Positions 38,366 to 48,680 are shown, numbered from the stretch's first letter. The stretch: 64,000 bases of DNA from Archaeoglobus sp. (GCA_017656505.1 JACDNU010000005.1:14739-78738), one strand, 5' to 3'. The notes: generated by a model not told the origin, from the sequence alone. Program-made: numbers and translations.

Positions 38366-38375
38366 GATATATATC
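38366..38375. promoter_or_regulatory. 10-bp perfect AT-rich palindrome gatatatatc upstream of the element's long operon (TATA box and/or unwinding element)
   Basis: Read directly. Lies 67 nt upstream of TTG 38299 and 109 nt upstream of ATG 38257. Confidence 0.35.
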
Positions 38376-38656
38376 TGTTACTAATATAGTATCAGTTGAG
38401 GCGATATTTAAGTTTTTCTCGGTTGTGCATGCTCCATTTTCCAAAATCGGTTTACAGGTTATTTATCTGCCAGTTGCAAAATATATAAACGTTTCTATTT
38501 CTCAAATTACATTGTCAAATAGCATCCCTATTTTTCTTACAATGTAAAGTAAAAGATTATCAAAATTTTACAAAAATCCAAACCCATCTTTTTATTTGTA
38601 TTACATTCATCAATAATTTCCCTCCGCCCAATACCTACAGTATACTAAGCCCTCAG

Positions 38657-38946
38657 TCGGTATTCACGCCTCCACATTATCGTAAATATACCAACCATCC
38701 CCATCCTCCCATGCCCCTCTTATTATATCGGTATTTTGCCCACCTGATCTCTTCTGTCGGTATTGTTTTCCCGAATTCACGCCGTTATCTTTCAGTATAT
38801 GGTTTCGCCGGTGTTCAGCTTGCCCAATTACTTCCACAATCCAATATAAGATTTTATCTTCCTGTTCCATAATTATTCCGGTATCTGTTTAGCTTGCCGC
38901 ATTTCCGATTTCCCCGCACTCCCACCATCTCCTCAATTTCGGTATT
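38657..38946. repeat. iteron-like array: five same-orientation copies of (T/C)CGGTAT(T/C)
   Basis: TCGGTATT at 38657, 38728, 38757 and 38939; CCGGTATC at 38878. The copies fall in different reading frames of the two weak minus-strand ORFs here. Confidence 0.6.
38664..38870 (-). CDS. questionable small ORF inside the iteron region
   Basis: 68 aa (MEQEDKILYWIVEVIGQAEH...). Composition is protein-like, but the ORF is riddled with the DNA-level repeat. Confidence 0.3.
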   Translation of the reverse strand: MEQEDKILYWIVEVIGQAEHRRNHILKDNGVNSGKQYRQKRSGGQNTDIIRGAWEDGDGWYIYDNVEA

Positions 38947-39108
38947 TTTCAGCATCCCAGCCCCCCAAACCTCAATTTTCTTATATATACGGCGCCGGGC
39001 AAAGTAACAAAATAGATAGTAAGTACAATAGAGTGGGTGGTGGGTGTTAATAATAAAACAAATCATTAAGGCTAAACGTACTTTACTTACTAACAATACA
39101 TGAAAAAA

Positions 39109-39939
39109 TTAATTGATGATGGTTTGTAACGTTGGTGCAACTTTTTTGTATTCCCGTAATGCGTTGTTCATGAGCTCAAGATAGTGTGTTGCTAGGGTTG
39201 ATTTAGTAGAGTGTCCCATCAAAAATTCAATTGTTGGTTGTGTAACGCCAAGCTGTAACAGTTTATTTGCGAACCAGTTCCTGCAATGTTTTGGTTTCAT
39301 TTTATGTGTCCAGTTCTTGTAGAGTATGCGCTCACTAATGTAAATTTGATCTAATTGCTTTGCAAAGCTTGCTGGCATGAATAGCTTGTTTGCTCGCTTA
39401 TTGTGTCTGATCCAGTTCATATCATAAAATGCCACGCCATCAACAAAGTGCAGCTTGCTCGGTTCAAATTCTGTTAGCACCTTTATACCCTCTATAACCC
39501 TGCATCCTGAGTACAGCATTAGCTTGATCAGTGTTTTGACTCTATGATCCTTTATTGCAGCAAGGGTTTCTTTAACCTCGGTATCGGTTGGCAGGTATAC
39601 GTCAAAGCCAGTCCTTTTCAATTTAAGAACGCTCTTCAGTTCAGCAGCTTGTTCTTTAGTAACGATCCCCTTCTGCATGCAGTAATTGATTAAGTTCCTT
39701 AGACTCCGAGCGTACCAGTTCCAACTTTTTACGTGCTTGGCAATCTCAAGAATGTCATCAATATTTCTAATTACGGTACCACTCAAATACCGGTTCAAAT
39801 CGTTAATGTAATGGCGTGCAGTACCCTTTTCTACTCTGGCATGTATCCACTTTACGAAATCTTGCTTTACAGCATCGTAATCAATTAAAACAGCATCGGG
39901 AAGCCCCTGTCCTGCCGCTAGACTACGACCGCTTGTGAT
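39109..39939 (-). CDS. int(C): catalytic C-terminal portion of the partitioned SSV-type tyrosine integrase (no start codon of its own upstream of attR)
   Basis: The frame is open from the stop at about 39955 through attR: KTITSGRSLAAGQGLP-DAVLIDYDAVKQDFVKWIHARVEKGTARHYINDL-NRYLSG... Candidate catalytic residues lie in YSGCRVIEG, KHCRNWF, LMGHS and ATHYL. Confidence 0.8.
   Translation of the reverse strand: MTSGRSLAAGQGLPDAVLIDYDAVKQDFVKWIHARVEKGTARHYINDLNRYLSGTVIRNIDDILEIAKHVKSWNWYARSLRNLINYCMQKGIVTKEQAAELKSVLKLKRTGFDVYLPTDTEVKETLAAIKDHRVKTLIKLMLYSGCRVIEGIKVLTEFEPSKLHFVDGVAFYDMNWIRHNKRANKLFMPASFAKQLDQIYISERILYKNWTHKMKPKHCRNWFANKLLQLGVTQPTIEFLMGHSTKSTLATHYLELMNNALREYKKVAPTLQTIIN
39896..39939. 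repeat. attR: 44-bp direct repeat containing a 5' half-copy of tRNA-Gly (39896-39932)
   Basis: Identical to 30426-30469. Not followed by the tRNA 3' half. Confidence 0.95.
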
Positions 39940-39959
39940 TGTTTTCTTAGGTATCTATG

Positions 39960-39967
39960 TAAATAAA
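39960..39967 (-). promoter_or_regulatory. probable native tRNA-Gly TATA box, now stranded next to the half-tRNA at attR
   Basis: Minus strand reads tttattta, with 27 nt between it and position +1 of the tRNA half-copy. Confidence 0.4.
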
Positions 39968-40130
39968 CATTACTGTAATTACTGTAGTTAAATTTATCAC
40001 ACTCAAACCTTCCACCATCTTTCTGCTTTCTCAATTTTTCTGTACACCATGGTGCACTACCGCTCTACTCTGTTGCCCTTTCCGATCTACCCTAGCTGAT
40101 TTACCCTGATATTCTGTTCTCCCAAATGTT

Positions 40131-40412
40131 TCACTTTAAAGTTTCCCTTATGTACATCTTAACACATGCTCGGTTTTCAAGTATGTGTAGCAAAATGAGA
40201 ACTACTGCGATGATAGTCGTGTATGTGTGTAAATCTTTCCAGAAGTCTTTATCGAACCCTAATATGATGAGCTGCCCGGCTCTCGGTCCGCGAGGCCAGA
40301 AGTAAAGCAGCAAACCAGTAAACATCGTTACTATTCCTCCAGCGAGCATCGTATAGAATAATAGGATTCTCTTCAACTTTCTAAGGCTCATGCTCCAATT
40401 AGTTTTCATCAC
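40131..40412 (-). CDS. small 3-TM membrane protein (DUF4405-like)
   Basis: 93 aa. His-containing TM helices. Confidence 0.55.
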   Translation of the reverse strand: MMKTNWSMSLRKLKRILLFYTMLAGGIVTMFTGLLLYFWPRGPRAGQLIILGFDKDFWKDLHTYTTIIAVVLILLHILENRACVKMYIRETLK

Positions 40413-40851
40413 TTAAAAGGATTGGGATTCATTTGCAAGTTTTTCAAATATCACTTATTGCAGTCTATTCAATATTTAAATTTAAACAGAAATCCTCAGA
40501 GTGTAGGCTCTCTCCACCTCTCCGAACTTCTTCTTATTTACGGGATGTATGTTAATCCTGTTATCATCCGTAAGACTCTTGACGAGCGAGGAATACCATT
40601 CACCTCCAAAAACTCCTTTGTATCATTTTTTATGATTTAACTTTTTTGAGAAGTTTACGACTCCCCTTATGATTTTCCCCTCTAACGGGGAAACTTTTCC
40701 TAAAAACTTTCTTCATTAGAAAGAAATCCAAAGATGAGATAACCAAGAACTCGATGGAATTGAGTTTGTGCAAGCAGCCAATGTAACAAAAACCAACAAA
40801 AACCAAAAATAAAAAGAGGTTTTTTAAATCCTGCCAAATTTTAATTTTTGA

Positions 40852-42123
40852 GTGATGTTCATGTCTGAATTCAGATCGATTGAATCATCCGATGTAGAAT
40901 CTGTGGAGTCGGGATACAGGAAAATAGAATGGGCAGAGAGGCACATGAAAGTTCTCGCTAAAATTAGAGAGGAATTCGCCAAGGAAAAACCCTTAGAGGG
41001 ATTTAAAATCGGAATGGCTTTGCATGTGGAAGCGAAGACTGCTGTGCTGGTTAAAACCCTCATTGAAGGAGGAGCGGATGTGGCGATAACGGGCTGCAAC
41101 CCCCTCAGCTCCCAGGATGATGTATCCAACGCTTTGAGGGATATGGGAATCAAATGCTTTTCAAGGAGGGGGATGAGCGAGGAAGAATACTATTCTGCCC
41201 TCAACCGAGTTTTGGATACTAAACCAGATGTTGTTATAGATGATGGAGCCGATTTGATCTTTCTTCTTCACGGAGAGAGGTATGAAGTCGCGGACAAAAT
41301 ACTTGGGGCGAGCGAAGAAACGACAACTGGGATAATAAGACTGAGGGCAATGGAAAGGGAAGGCGTTCTGAAATTCCCGGTAATCGATGTAAACGATGCT
41401 TTGACAAAGTTCCTTTTTGACAACAGATACGGCACCGGACAATCCACCTGGGATGGAGTTCTTAGGGCAACGAACCTCCTAATTGCCGGGAAGAAGGTTG
41501 TTGTCGCTGGTTATGGCTGGTGTGGGAGAGGTATAGCGATGAGAGCCCGTGGCTTAGGAGCGAAGGTTATCATAACGGAGGTCGATGAGATCAGAGCGTT
41601 GGAAGCGATTATGGATGGGTACGAAGTGATGCCCATGCTTGAGGCTGCAAAAGTGGGAGACATCTTCATAACAGCTACCGGAGATAAGGACGTAATAAGG
41701 GCAGAACACTTCAAGCTGATGAAGGATGGAGCGATTCTCGCGAATTCCGGCCATTTCAACGTGGAGATAAACATCCCCGAGCTTGAAAGCCTCAGCAAAT
41801 CAAGCAGAAAAGCGAGAGAAGGCGTGACAGAATACGATCTCGGCGACAAGAAACTTTACCTTCTCGCTGAAGGGAGGTTGGTTAACTTGGTAGCGGGAGA
41901 CGGACATCCGGTTGAAGTTATGGACATGAGTTTCTCCGATCAGGCTTTATCTGCTCGCTACATAATCGAGAACCATGAAAAGCTTGAAAATAAAGTTTAC
42001 AGATTGCCTGAGGAGCTTGACAGGAAGGTTGCAAGGCTGAAACTTCAAACGCTGGGTGTAAAGATAGATTCGCTCACGGAGGAGCAGAAGAGGTATCTTT
42101 CCGATTGGAGGGAAGGAACTTAG
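40852..42123 (+). CDS. ahcY: S-adenosyl-L-homocysteine hydrolase
   Basis: 423 aa. NAD motif [14 protein letters not shown] and overall AdoHcyase pattern. Start ambiguous (GTG 40852, ATG 40855 or ATG 40861). Confidence 0.95.
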   Translation: MMFMSEFRSIESSDVESVESGYRKIEWAERHMKVLAKIREEFAKEKPLEGFKIGMALHVEAKTAVLVKTLIEGGADVAITGCNPLSSQDDVSNALRDMGIKCFSRRGMSEEEYYSALNRVLDTKPDVVIDDGADLIFLLHGERYEVADKILGASEETTTGIIRLRAMEREGVLKFPVIDVNDALTKFLFDNRYGTGQSTWDGVLRATNLLIAGKKVVVAGYGWCGRGIAMRARGLGAKVIITEVDEIRALEAIMDGYEVMPMLEAAKVGDIFITATGDKDVIRAEHFKLMKDGAILANSGHFNVEINIPELESLSKSSRKAREGVTEYDLGDKKLYLLAEGRLVNLVAGDGHPVEVMDMSFSDQALSARYIIENHEKLENKVYRLPEELDRKVARLKLQTLGVKIDSLTEEQKRYLSDWREGT

Positions 42124-42224
42124 GGAATCTGGTAGGAACTTAGTTTTCGGTTATTCAACCTTAATTTTCACTTTGGGGGCTATAGCTTTAATAAGTTCTA
42201 AAAAAACTTAAGACTTACAATCCA

Positions 42225-43913
42225 TCATTTCGACTCCTTCAACAAACACCTCAAACTCCTCATTCTATTTATAGCGGCTGCAAGCTCCAAAGCTCTAAAT
42301 TCTGCGAATTCCGTAAGTGGAGCGAGAATGTCCAGTCCTTTCTTCCGAATTTCTCCCATTACAGCATCAACAACCTCTTTCAAGGTTCTTTCCCCGTCCA
42401 TGTACTTCATCGCTTTTTTAATCGCGTAAGCAATCGCTCTTGTTTGCTGCACCTCAAAAATCTGCTCAACGAAGCTAAGATCGATGAGTTCTCTGCCAAA
42501 AAGTATCGTTCTCTTGCCTTTAACGGAAATCTTTATTCTATCTCCCCTTGATTTGATCTCTAACAAAGGAATCCTTGGCTTTAACTCCTTGAAATCCTCA
42601 GGAACCTCCTTTTTCCTCAATTTAGATTTTTCCGCTATGAGTTTGGCTTTATCCGTGAAATCGTGTGGTTTGTAATTTATCATGCAGATCACAGCATCGG
42701 CAACATCGAAGTAGTCTCCACTTCCTCCCATGACTATTACGGTCGAAACTCCCCGCTCGTAAAGCTGTCTCACCCTATCGATGAAAGGAGTAATCGGCTC
42801 GATCTCTTTCGGAACGAGTTCCTGCATTCTAAAGTCTCTTATCATGAAATTTGTAGCTGAAGTATCTTCATCGATCAACAAAACCTCAGCACCCGCCTCT
42901 ATAGCCTCGATGATGTTTGCAGCCTGAGAAGTGCTGCCGCTCGCGTTCTCGGTGGAAAAAGTTCTCGTATCCTGGCCGAAGGGAAGATCGCTTATGAAAG
43001 CAGAAATATCCACTTTCTCAATCCTTCTACCATCTTCAGCCCTTATCTTCACCGCCGCTGGATTGGTAACGACGAATTCTCTCCCATCCCCCGGAATGTG
43101 ATTGTAGATTCCCGCCTCCAAAGCCTTGAGCAGCGTAGACTTGCCGTGGTAGCCCCCTCCAACGATGAGCGTTACCCCCTTTCTTATCCCCATTCCAGCA
43201 ATCTCCCCTCTGTTTGGCAGCTCAACGGAAACTCTCAGCGAGGGGGGAGATTCGAAGGGAATAGCATTTTCCAAAGGTCTCTCATCTATCCCGCTTTTTC
43301 TGGGCAAAATCGAACCGTCTGCAACGAATGCTATCAGGTTTAAGGATGGAAGCAAACTCCGAAGAAAATCCGCATCCTCAGCAGTTTTAATATGCTCGTA
43401 GACCTTCTCACGATCTAAATTCTTAAACCTTAAAGCCGCAGCAATCTTAGGAATTCTTTCCGTAAAAATTCTTTCAGCCTCTGCAGCAAGAATTCTCCTG
43501 CCCTGAGCGGGCAGGCCAACTCTAAATCTAACTTCAATCCATTTCTCGTTTGCAAAGGCGGAATTCCTCTCCAGAATTTTCTGGCTTGGTTTTTCCACCC
43601 TCATCAGTCCGCTGTAACCGCTGCCAGCTTTTCTGCTGTGCTTTCTTGCCTCCTCATAAAGAACTCGCGTTAGAAAATCCCTTAGAGCAACCTCTCTGCT
43701 TCTGGAGCTGAAAGTTTCAGCCGGAAATCTCGCAACTTTCTGCGGGATCCTGATTCTTATATTGCTGGGGCTTGCGAAGGGATCTCCCTGCACGCGATCG
43801 ATGAAGAGTGTGAAGTTGGGAAATTCGTAGCTACCCTTCAAAATCTGATAGCTCTTGTATCCCTTTCCATTTATTTTCCTCAGCTTTCTCAACAGCTCAT
43901 CCAATCCTAACAC
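42225..43913 (-). CDS. ABC-class ATPase of unknown function (COG3044-like)
   Basis: 562 aa. Walker A GGGYHGKST, Walker B LLIDEDTSATNFM. Confidence 0.7.
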   Translation of the reverse strand: MLGLDELLRKLRKINGKGYKSYQILKGSYEFPNFTLFIDRVQGDPFASPSNIRIRIPQKVARFPAETFSSRSREVALRDFLTRVLYEEARKHSRKAGSGYSGLMRVEKPSQKILERNSAFANEKWIEVRFRVGLPAQGRRILAAEAERIFTERIPKIAAALRFKNLDREKVYEHIKTAEDADFLRSLLPSLNLIAFVADGSILPRKSGIDERPLENAIPFESPPSLRVSVELPNRGEIAGMGIRKGVTLIVGGGYHGKSTLLKALEAGIYNHIPGDGREFVVTNPAAVKIRAEDGRRIEKVDISAFISDLPFGQDTRTFSTENASGSTSQAANIIEAIEAGAEVLLIDEDTSATNFMIRDFRMQELVPKEIEPITPFIDRVRQLYERGVSTVIVMGGSGDYFDVADAVICMINYKPHDFTDKAKLIAEKSKLRKKEVPEDFKELKPRIPLLEIKSRGDRIKISVKGKRTILFGRELIDLSFVEQIFEVQQTRAIAYAIKKAMKYMDGERTLKEVVDAVMGEIRKKGLDILAPLTEFAEFRALELAAAINRMRSLRCLLKESK

Positions 43914-44002
43914 CTCTGGTTTCTTAGGTTAAATCTCAGATGTCTCGGCTATCTCAGCTTACCATAAGAAAAACTTTTTTACACCCCAGCCTACTTTGCG
44001 GT

Positions 44003-45436
44003 ATGCAAATTCTGGAAAGCGATGTTGTAATAGGTTTGGAAGTTCACGTTCAGCTTAATCGATTGAAAACCAAGCTTTTCTGTTCATGTTCAACAGCCTA
44101 TCATGAAAGCGAACCTAATACGCATGTGTGTCCTGTCTGCCTCGGCATGCCGGGAGCAATGCCTGTAATAAACAAGGAGGCTGTAAAAGCGGCGATAAAG
44201 GTTGCTCTCGCTTTAAACGCTGAGGTTCAACCCTTCACAGTTTTCGACAGAAAAAATTACTTCTATCCGGACTTGCCGAAAGGCTTCCAGATAAGTCAGT
44301 ACGATCGCCCCCTGGCGTGGGGAGGCCATCTAACAATTGAAACGGAGCAGGGTGAAAAGAAAATAACCCTCAAACGAATTCACATGGAAGAAGATCCGGG
44401 GAAGTTAACCTATAAAGGCTCCATAACCACCGCCAGCTATTCCTTAATCGATTACAACCGCTCGGGAGTACCGTTACTAGAGGTCGTAACGGAGCCGGTA
44501 ATGGAGTCGCCAAAGGAGGCAAGGGAGTTCCTCAACAAACTCAGGATAGTTCTGGAGTATTTGGATGTATTCGACGGCTCGCTTGAAGGAGCCATGCGAG
44601 TTGATGCAAACATCTCTCTCAGGGGAGGGGGCAGGGTAGAGATAAAGAACATATCGAGCTTTAAAGGAGTGGAGAGGGCTTTAACTTACGAGATAACTCG
44701 GCAGAAGAATTTGTTGAGGAGAGGGAGAGAGGTAGTAAGGGAAACCAGGCACTTCGACGAGATAAATAACATTACAGTCTCTCTAAGAACGAAAGAGGAG
44801 GAGCAGGACTATCGCTATTTCCCGGAGCCAGACCTCGTTCCGATCTATACTGAAGAGCTAATTGAAGCTGCTAAGGCGGAGATTCCCGAGATGCCGGAGC
44901 AGAAGAGGGAGCGCTTTATCTCGCAATATGGATTGAACCTCGTGATGGCAAAGATGCTCGTTCTCGATCCTAAAATGGCCGACTACTTCGAAGAGGTTGC
45001 GAAAAGCATTGATGCTAAAAGAGCTGCCAGCTGGGTTGTTGATGTTTTAAGGGGAGAGCTCAACTACAGAAGCAAGGATTTCCGTTTTGCATTTGAAAGG
45101 TTCCCGCCCCCCGATTTCTCAAAGCTTCTCAGTTATTTTGAGGAGGAAAAGATAACTGAGAAGGGTGTCGTTGAGGTTATAAGGACGAAGCTCGATGAAG
45201 GAGGGGAAATAGACGAAATAATCGAAAGAAAGGGATTGTTCGCCATTAAAGAGGAAGACAAAATAAGGGAGATTTGCAGGGAAGTAATCGAGAAAAATCC
45301 GAAGGCGGTGCAGGATTACTTCAATGGCAAAAAGCAGGCGATTAACTTCTTGGTTGGGCAAGTAATGAAAGCAACTCGCGGTAGAGCGGATCCGGCTGAG
45401 TGTCTCGAGATAATCAAAGAGCTGTTAGAGGAGTAA
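44003..45436 (+). CDS. gatB: aspartyl/glutamyl-tRNA amidotransferase subunit B
   Basis: ATG 44003 ([19 protein letters not shown]). C-terminal YqeY-like tail [13 protein letters not shown]. Confidence 0.9.
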   Translation: MQILESDVVIGLEVHVQLNRLKTKLFCSCSTAYHESEPNTHVCPVCLGMPGAMPVINKEAVKAAIKVALALNAEVQPFTVFDRKNYFYPDLPKGFQISQYDRPLAWGGHLTIETEQGEKKITLKRIHMEEDPGKLTYKGSITTASYSLIDYNRSGVPLLEVVTEPVMESPKEAREFLNKLRIVLEYLDVFDGSLEGAMRVDANISLRGGGRVEIKNISSFKGVERALTYEITRQKNLLRRGREVVRETRHFDEINNITVSLRTKEEEQDYRYFPEPDLVPIYTEELIEAAKAEIPEMPEQKRERFISQYGLNLVMAKMLVLDPKMADYFEEVAKSIDAKRAASWVVDVLRGELNYRSKDFRFAFERFPPPDFSKLLSYFEEEKITEKGVVEVIRTKLDEGGEIDEIIERKGLFAIKEEDKIREICREVIEKNPKAVQDYFNGKKQAINFLVGQVMKATRGRADPAECLEIIKELLEE

Positions 45437-45460
45437 GGAAGCGGGATTGGGAAAGATAAC

Positions 45461-47527
45461 ATGGCAAAGGGATGGCTAATCATTACCGAGAAAGAGAATA
45501 CGGCCCGAAGAATAAGCTCCATTCTCTTTCAAAACGTGAAAAGAACGAGAAAGCTGGGGATTAACGTTTACCAATCAAATAACACTTACGTTCTGGGCTT
45601 GAAGGGCCATATAATCCAGCTTGACTTTCCTTCCGAATACAATAACTGGGGCAAAATACCGTTAAATTCCCTTCTAAGGGCTGAAATCGTTAAAAAAATC
45701 ACCCAGAAAAACCTTGCAAAGATTCTCTCTGATTTAGCGAAGAAGATAGACCGCGTTACAATAGCAACCGACTACGATCGGGAAGGAGAGCTGATTGGAG
45801 TCGAAGCTTTGGGGATAATTAGGAAGGCAAACCCGAACGTTGAGGTTGACAGAGCGAAGTATTCTGCCATAACTCCTGCAGATATAAAGCAAGCATTCTC
45901 AAAGCTAACGAAAGTTGACTTCAATCTCGCGAAATCGGCTGAGACGAGACAGAAAATAGATCTAATATGGGGAGCAGTCCTGACACGATTGCTTTCAGTA
46001 TCTTCCGGCAGGCTTGGAAAGGATTTCCTGAGCGTTGGCAGAGTTCAATCGCCCACTCTTCGCCTGATCGTGGAGAGAGAAGAGGAAATAAAGAATTTCA
46101 AACCAAAGAAATACTGGGAAATCTTCGCTGACTTCAGGAAAAATTCCGATATTTTCACCTGCAAACATGTTAAACGATTCGACGATAAAAAAGAGGCTGA
46201 AAAAGCATTCAAGAAGATCAGCAGCCAAGCTGAAGTCCTTAAATTCGAGAAAAAGGTGAAAAATGAGAGACCGCCAATACCCTTCAACACCACTGAATTT
46301 CTGAGGGAAGCGTCGCGCTTCATGAGCCCGAACAAAGCCATGAGCATCGCCGAATCTCTTTACATGGCCGGTTACATCTCCTATCCGAGAACAGACAATA
46401 CCGTTTATCCGAAAACGATCAATCTTAAGGCAATTGCAAGGAAATTCGTTGAGAGCGAATTCAAGAAAGAGGCAAATCTCGTTTTGTCGCAGCCAAAGCT
46501 AAGGGCAACAAGGGGGAAAAGGGAAACGAAAGATCATCCACCAATCTATCCAACTTCCGTTGCCTCAAAAGAAGATTTGAAAAAGGATGAATGGCGAATC
46601 TACGAGCTCATCGTTAGGAGATTTCTCGCAACGCTTTCGCCAGATGCAGTATGGGAACACAAAAGCGGTTTGCTGGAGTCGAATGGAGAGAGATTTGCTT
46701 TTAACGTGAAGAAAATCTTGGATCCGGGGTGGAGGGAGGTTTATCCCTACTACAGAGCTGAGGAAGGCTACGTTCCGGATCTCAGAATGGGAGAAATAAT
46801 TGAAATCGTCGATAAAAGGCTGGAGGAGAAGGAAACGAAGCCACCACCCCGGTATTCAACTGGAAACCTAATCCAGCTGATGGAGAAGCTTGGTTTGGGA
46901 ACAAAGTCAACCAGGCACGAGATTCTGAACAAGCTTTACTCGAGGCGCTACGTCTTCGGAAATCCCCTTCGCCCTTCAGAAGTCGCCTTTGCGGTAATCG
47001 ATGCCCTGAAGAAGAATGCTGAGCTAATAACCCTTCCTGAGATGACGGCAAAGCTGGAAAGGGAGATGGATGAGATAGCTGAGGGAAAGTTGGACGATAC
47101 AAAGGTAGTTGAGGAATCCATAGTTTTCCTCGAACAAATCCTGTCCGAAATTGATCTGGCCGAGCTTTCCAGAAACCTGAAAGAAGGGGTAAGAAAGGAT
47201 AAGGTAGTAGGAAAATGTCCCGAATGCGGGAAAGATCTCGTAATTCGAAAGTCTAAGGATTCGAAAAGATTCGTTGGATGCACAGGATTCCCAAAATGCA
47301 GATTCACCCTTCCTCTGCCCCAGAATGGGAGCATTTATCTCACCTCGAAGGAATGTGAGAAGCATGGGATTAAGAAAATAAAGATAAGAACGAAAAAGGG
47401 GTACTGGGATCTGGGCTGCGTTTACTGTAACTATCTTGAGTGGCGGGAAAGTAGAGGCAAGGAAGAAGCTAAGAAAGTTGAAAAGGCTAAAGAAAAGCTA
47501 AGAAAGCCGAGAAAGCTAACAAGATAA
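45461..47527 (+). CDS. topA: type IA DNA topoisomerase (archaeal topoisomerase I/III-like) with C-terminal zinc ribbons
   Basis: 688 aa. Toprim ATDYDREGE, active-site region GYISYPRTDN, CPECGKDL...GCTGFPKC ribbon. Confidence 0.9.
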   Translation: MAKGWLIITEKENTARRISSILFQNVKRTRKLGINVYQSNNTYVLGLKGHIIQLDFPSEYNNWGKIPLNSLLRAEIVKKITQKNLAKILSDLAKKIDRVTIATDYDREGELIGVEALGIIRKANPNVEVDRAKYSAITPADIKQAFSKLTKVDFNLAKSAETRQKIDLIWGAVLTRLLSVSSGRLGKDFLSVGRVQSPTLRLIVEREEEIKNFKPKKYWEIFADFRKNSDIFTCKHVKRFDDKKEAEKAFKKISSQAEVLKFEKKVKNERPPIPFNTTEFLREASRFMSPNKAMSIAESLYMAGYISYPRTDNTVYPKTINLKAIARKFVESEFKKEANLVLSQPKLRATRGKRETKDHPPIYPTSVASKEDLKKDEWRIYELIVRRFLATLSPDAVWEHKSGLLESNGERFAFNVKKILDPGWREVYPYYRAEEGYVPDLRMGEIIEIVDKRLEEKETKPPPRYSTGNLIQLMEKLGLGTKSTRHEILNKLYSRRYVFGNPLRPSEVAFAVIDALKKNAELITLPEMTAKLEREMDEIAEGKLDDTKVVEESIVFLEQILSEIDLAELSRNLKEGVRKDKVVGKCPECGKDLVIRKSKDSKRFVGCTGFPKCRFTLPLPQNGSIYLTSKECEKHGIKKIKIRTKKGYWDLGCVYCNYLEWRESRGKEEAKKVEKAKEKLRKPRKLTR

Positions 47528-47537
47528 AGACCACAAA

Positions 47538-48680
47538 TTAAAGGTTAATCCTGCATATCAGGTGGCCCATCTTCTCTTTCTTCGTCTTCAGATATTCGAG
47601 GTTCTCCGATGAGGGCTCAACTTCGATCTCCATTCTTTTAACAGCGAAATCGTATTTTTTCAGTTCTTCGATTTTAAGGGGGTTGTTCGTCATCAGAATT
47701 ATGTTCTTTATGCCTAAATCCATGAGAATCTGTGCTGCAATGCCGTAACTCCTCAAATCGGGCGGGAAACCGAGTTCGATGTTTGCCTCAACCGTATCTT
47801 TACCTTCTTCCTGCAATCTATAGGCCATGAGTTTGTTGATAAGACCAATGCCTCTCCCCTCATGTCCCCGCATGTAAATCAAAACGCCCTTTCCTTCCTT
47901 ATCGATTATCTTAAGGGCGTTTTCAAGCTGATCTCCGCAATCACATCGCAAAGAATGGAAGACATCACCAGTTAAACACTCTGAATGAATCCTTACTAGG
48001 CACTCTCCCTCTGAAACCCTGCCTTTAACAAGGGCGATTATCTCACCGATCGGAGTTTTGTAACCAACAGCTTTAAAAGTCCCGTAGAACTTTGTTGGGA
48101 GAGTCGCCTCCACCGCCCTCTCAATGAGCTTCTCGTTTTTCAGGCGGTAAAATATGAGATCCTTGATTTTTATTAGAGGAAGCCCCTTTTCTCCAGCAAA
48201 TTTAATCGCATAGTCGATATCGGCTATTTCTCCGCTTGGAGTGATAAGGTTGGAGTAAACGCTTGCAGCCAAAAAACCAGTCATTCTCGCCAAATCTAAG
48301 GCAGCCTCTCCAAATCCTGGCCTCTCGAGAACTCCCCCCTCCTTTGCCTCTTCAACGAAGATTCTTCCCGGATATACTATTTCATCGACAGAAATTCTCC
48401 CTTTCACGAGGTTTCTCACGAACCAAGCCTTCTCCTCCGCCGACACGCCATTTGTTTTGAAGTCAACTGGGATTGAGTTCTCGCCATAGAAGCGAAATCT
48501 GTTCAAACCTAGCTTGGAAATCAGCTTCCATGGGATTGCGAGCCTGATCTCATCGCAGTTTTTCATCATAAAAGCGATCTCATTTCCGCTAACAATTTCA
48601 GCCGGAAACGAGAGAACAGCTTTTTGATCATCAAGGATAACACAAATTTTGCTTGGAGGAATCTTGAGGTTGGGCATCAT
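47538..48680 (-). CDS. ribA: GTP cyclohydrolase II with N-terminal DHBP-synthase-like domain
   Basis: 380 aa. VRIHSECLTGDVFHSLRCDCGDQL zinc/GTP motif. Confidence 0.8.
   Translation of the reverse strand: MMPNLKIPPSKICVILDDQKAVLSFPAEIVSGNEIAFMMKNCDEIRLAIPWKLISKLGLNRFRFYGENSIPVDFKTNGVSAEEKAWFVRNLVKGRISVDEIVYPGRIFVEEAKEGGVLERPGFGEAALDLARMTGFLAASVYSNLITPSGEIADIDYAIKFAGEKGLPLIKIKDLIFYRLKNEKLIERAVEATLPTKFYGTFKAVGYKTPIGEIIALVKGRVSEGECLVRIHSECLTGDVFHSLRCDCGDQLENALKIIDKEGKGVLIYMRGHEGRGIGLINKLMAYRLQEEGKDTVEANIELGFPPDLRSYGIAAQILMDLGIKNIILMTNNPLKIEELKKYDFAVKRMEIEVEPSSENLEYLKTKKEKMGHLICRINL

Larger units (their letters stand above)
30426..39939. mobile_element. integrated element (provirus / plasmid / satellite-like), 9470-bp unit, inserted in tRNA-Gly(CCC)
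   Basis: Perfect 44-bp direct repeats at both ends. Split integrase halves abut the repeats. 12 of 13 internal ORFs are on the minus strand. Looks more AT-rich by eye than the flanks and lacks the host-type intergenic micro-duplications. Confidence 0.85.

Noticed and set aside
38854-39096. 80-aa minus-strand ORF between the iteron region and int(C)
   Set aside because: Its composition is implausible (many Cys, Tyr and Arg; CFIINTHHPLYCTYYLFCYFARRR). It contains iteron copies in varying frames and a TATA-like box, so it is more likely regulatory DNA. The neighbouring 68-aa ORF is kept only at low confidence.
40422-40640. 72-aa plus-strand ORF right of attR, and an opposite-strand open frame (...GEWYSSLVKSLTDDNRINIHPVNKKKFGEVERAYTLRISV*) lacking a start codon
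   Set aside because: The plus-strand ORF has junk-like composition. The minus-strand frame may be a gene remnant, but it has no start and no identifiable family. Two short hairpins nearby (around 40670-40730) are too weak to call.
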